From: Raillietiella orientalis
Lineage: Eukaryota
Assembly (NCBI GenBank): GCA_036172245.1
Contig: JAYWIR010000030.1
Location: 2,542,001 to 2,606,000, forward strand
Reading direction: 5' to 3'
Length of the DNA: 64,000 nucleotides
The stretch's first letter is position 1. Each line of letters begins with the position of its first letter. The notes below the pieces were generated by a model, which was not told the DNA's origin, ran no database searches, and saw nothing but the letters and a program-made list of their open reading frames with translations. Positions 60,180 through 64,000 of the stretch are shown here, one piece after another. Position numbers and translations under genes: made by a program.

Positions 60180-63100
60180 GGCACAGCCTGCGTCAGAAGT
60201 TGCCAAACCCTTAAGAAGGAAGCCGAAGGCTGCATTCCGTTTTCCTGTTCATAGTATCCTCAGCGTTCTTGAGGCGAAATTGCTCCATCGAACTATAACA
60301 GGTCCTTCTTTTCCTCAGCTTATTTCTGGCAAGCTACCAATCTACAGCTTCGTGCTTCAGTCAGCAGAGCAAGATTGAGAGTCAGCACCTTGAAAGCAGA
60401 TCTAGAGCCTCTAGATCTCCAAATTCCTTCTTCCTTCCCTTCTTTGTCGATCATCGGACTCGGAATATTCTCTCGAACAGAATCCTGGCTCTTGTATCCG
60501 ACTAATGATCTCAGAACCCGAGGACATGATCTCGAGGGTACAGAGTAAATACCCTCAAGAAATCTCGAAGAGCATCGTTTGTCTTTGCTCTAAAGCTCCC
60601 TCCAGCGAACTGCATTCTTGCTGGTCGAAGCAAGAAGCCAGCACCAATCTATTTCGAATTCATCCCGCCCAGCCATGCCGCCCTCTGTGAGTCCTTTCGC
60701 CCCTCTATCGGGGATGCACAGCGTTCCGGAGGTCGGCTGAGGAATTCTGCACGAAGAGTCGGGGAGCCTGACAACCTGTTGAGAAAGAGAGGGTGGTCAC
60801 CAGAAGGGTGACTCCGACCAGAATGCTGCCTCATGGATGTGAAGGGAACACCGCAGGATGAAACAAGCATTCAGAGCTGCAGAGAGTATTGGCAGCTGTT
60901 ACCAGGTACTGAAGCGCAAGAGCACCTCCGTACCGAATAGAAAACGCGGTTGCACGAAAACGGATTCTGGCAGTGTTTTCGGTGCTCCGGGGATTCCCAT
61001 CATGCAAGTGTTCAGAGACCTTCGATGGATACTCGGAGCAGCTTCACCTAACAGAATTTGTTCCACCATGCAGTTGAGGAGGAGCACCGGTTTATCTTTG
61101 TTATTGAGGAGGGAACTGGAAGGTTTTATCTCAACTTCTCCAGATGCTGGACATAGTATCTTGCTGCCGACATCTAGCCGTCCTATGCACGAATTGGGAT
61201 TCCTGACGTCTTCATGTTTGCTTTCCTTCACCTTCCCGACGACGCCCACAATGTGTCTTTTGTTTCGAGAGGTTGGTCCCTGCTTTCCGACGGTGCCTTT
61301 CCCCTGGTCTCGGTTGCTAGGTTCTCTGGTACGCCTCACGTGATTTTAGTTTTCGTGTTTCCCCCTTCCGGAAGCCGCTGCTTTCGGCAGTTGAGGATCG
61401 ACATGGACAGCATCATTTCTTCTAGGTTTTGTGTGTGCTGTATCGCCAGTACGTCTGGACCTAATTTTTAGGAAGTAAACCAGGAATTTCTTGAATTTGT
61501 GTATTTTGTCATGAGGGATCGGAGTGATGGAGATGCAGCTTAGAAAACAGAAGCGACTCTTGCGGGAGATCACTGCAGAGGTGGGAAGATCCCTAGATCT
61601 TAAATGGCTTCGCCCATAGAAAATAGGGTCGGGAAGCAGAGTCAAGTTGGTGTGCCACCTTTTTCTTTAAGGTCCCCTTTCAGGTGAAATCCAGTGTCCA
61701 GGATCACCGCGCGTGCTCGAAATCCGAGCCATCTGCCGTGGGTGGAGCTTCCAGCGAGAACAATTCTTCTCCCGTTCCATCAGATCAGTCGCTTCAGCTC
61801 TTTCAGTGTCTCTCGGATGAGTTCGCCGTCCCCGAGGTTTCCAGAGGAGGCTCCTTCGGGGAAATTCAGGTAATACGTGTTCTCGCTCCCTACGATGTTC
61901 CTGGAATCACACAGAATGAGGCAGAATTCGACAAAGTTCTGCTGCCGCTCGGCAAATGACTCTTCCTCTAAGCCAGAAAAGAGAGCGCCAGTCAGGAAAT
62001 CGATCAAAAAGTTGGAGGCTGAAAGTCCGCTCTCGCATTCGTTCTCTTCACCCCAAACAATGAGGTGCCATCCCTCTCAGACTGTACGTCGCTCACGGCA
62101 GAGGGCGCGGCTAGGGATGCGATTGGTCCCCGCCTCCCAGCGGGTGATCTCTGGGGAGAAGCTGCTTCGGGAGGAATTCGTTACGGCTACCCGACCGCCT
62201 TGAGCCCAAGAAGAGACTTCCTTCAGTCGGTCTTTCTTGACCGAGAGTTTCTCGAGGTTCTCTCCTGAGAGTGGTTCCTCCGAGAGCGAAGTGGCCAGAG
62301 AGAACCTGACCTCTTTCCTGAAGGGGAGGTCCCAGGAAAGAACTGCAATCAAGGTACGCTGTGCTCCTTCCTGTAGCTGTCAGCATCATAGCAGGGAAGC
62401 AAGCATGGAATTGCCATAGGGAAGGATTTCACGGCGATCTGTCAATTCCTCTCTGAAAAAGGGACCACGGGAATCGGATGAGAGCTCGGAGATGAAGGAG
62501 AGGCGATATTTGTGGGCTGTGAGCATCCGGTCATCTCAGAGCAGCCCGACTCATGAAGAGTGGGCGACCTCGCCAGTCTTGAATCTGAGCTTCGGGCCTG
62601 GGTACCTGTTGTAGATCTGAGAATGGGCCTCTGTTTCGGCGGTACGGTCCGAACAGACGGGGAGAAGCCGGCACATCTGGGAGAACTCCTTTCTTCGCTT
62701 TGGGTGGCCTGCTCCGTGCTTCAGTCAGCAAAACACGGTTGTCACTTCCACCCTTCTGCAGTCTTGGAGAGTTACGTCTTCGTAGAAATCAAGAGTTTCG
62801 CTCACAGCTCCCCTCAGGCAACTAGGCTGGGTAGCTGACCTGGTGCTATCGCTTGAGAAAGGTGCCGAGGAAGGTTAGCCATCGTCCGAGGTCAGGGAAG
62901 GGAATCGAGGTTGATCGGCCGCTTCTTATTATGAAGGGAAGCTGGCCAGAGGCATCTGGCAGGAGAAAAGAGCTTAGAACTAACCAAGCCCCTTGGTTGG
63001 ATTTCAGCGAGGGACCCTACGCCTATCATGACGAATGCAGAGCTCAAGTCTCCCCTCTTTTCGCGCATTGTCGGAAAAGCAGCAACCTCCGAGCACAGCC

Positions 63101-64000
63101 CCCATTCCGGGAAGCATCCTTCCCCTCTCCTCCCTTCCCCCTTGCTTTGTGGTCGTTGCAGGAGCCATCATCCAGAAGATCGCAGGCAGCAGTGAAGGGC
63201 TGGAGATGACAGCCCCCGGGGAACAGGAGACAGAATTCTGAAAAGGCTACCCGACAGTCCTGAAATAAGGGTTGCTGTCATTGCACTGAGGGATGATTCT
63301 TGGAGAGATGCTGTTGGAGGCGAGCTGCCTCTTCCTTCGCGCCTCTCCTCGATTTTAGGGTTCTCGATAGCTGAATGACATTACCTGCTGGATCTCTGAC
63401 CGACTGTCATCTCAATATGCGTTCCGGACGCACCCGGGGATGAGGCGTCCACGCCAGATTCTCCATACGTCGCTCCGGAAACCTTGAGAAGCACTGTAGT
63501 TATCATTCATCATTGTGCTCCCAGCATCCTGACCACCCTCCCTATTCCCTACGTCTCTTCAGACCAGTCAATCTCCCTTCCCTCTGCGTACCTTCCTGAT
63601 GCTCCCGATGTCTCCGCGGATGGCTTTCTCCTCTTCCTCCTCTTCTTCCTGGTAGCTGTTGTTCCTCCCAACTTCCTTCGATGGTCCGTCTGTCCCCATA
63701 GGTTCCTCAGGCAAAATGACCGCAGACGGGAGATCGAGGTCCTGGGTCAGGTCTCTGAGGACCGCCTCCGCATTCTGGTCGGAGTAAACCAAGGTCTTGT
63801 AGCGGGTCCCTGGTATGACTGGATCGGCCTCCACGCCCAAAAGTTCGCCGTCCTCCGTGACCCCTTGCAGCTCTTCCCTAGTCTCGCTGATGATGACGAA
63901 CCGATCGAGAGGGGATGGCCCTTTGGAGTCCAGGTCATTATCGAGTGGCAGGTCTGGGTTCAGCACAATGATCCTGCTGGAGGTAGACTTTGCCTGAGGA
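60180..64000 (-). mobile_element. Decayed L1/Tx1-like element (ORF1, APE, start of RT), 3'-truncated; 5' part beyond the window
   Basis: TYSLRG (xNVRG), RIVLAG, ASRPYF, LVGYKSQD (KSPGxD) and WRS...FKVLT in the expected order; acidic ORF1-like frame at 63568-63966. Confidence 0.5.

Overview
Eukaryotic genomic DNA from an invertebrate animal, probably an arthropod; nothing prokaryotic is evident. There are two host genes, both on the minus strand. One is a GC-rich, multi-exon ARHGEF17-like RhoGEF (DH/PH exons at 1-3649, large upstream exon at 11075-13006) that runs off the left edge. The other is a complete 10-exon, 467-aa, AT-rich COQ6-like flavin monooxygenase (35141-37874) with very short introns and altered FAD motifs. 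Most of the rest is decayed transposable elements: RTE, L1/Tx1, NeSL/Utopia, R2-like RLE, Penelope, a MULE transposase, and an intronless filamin pseudogene fragment. Three things stand out. (1) A Utopia-type retrotransposon sits at its canonical site in a U2 snRNA remnant, and its own reading frame contains an antisense copy of the U2 5' end. (2) A 4.7-kb near-perfect palindrome is built from one 5'-truncated L1/Tx1 element, with a snap-back hairpin and a microhomology jump at its centre. (3) An AATAAA-hairpin-oligo(A) 3' terminus is shared by five L1/Tx1 copies, and part of the 3' UTR appears structured. Reference protein and RNA motifs were recalled from memory, not searched. Boundaries of decayed elements are approximate.
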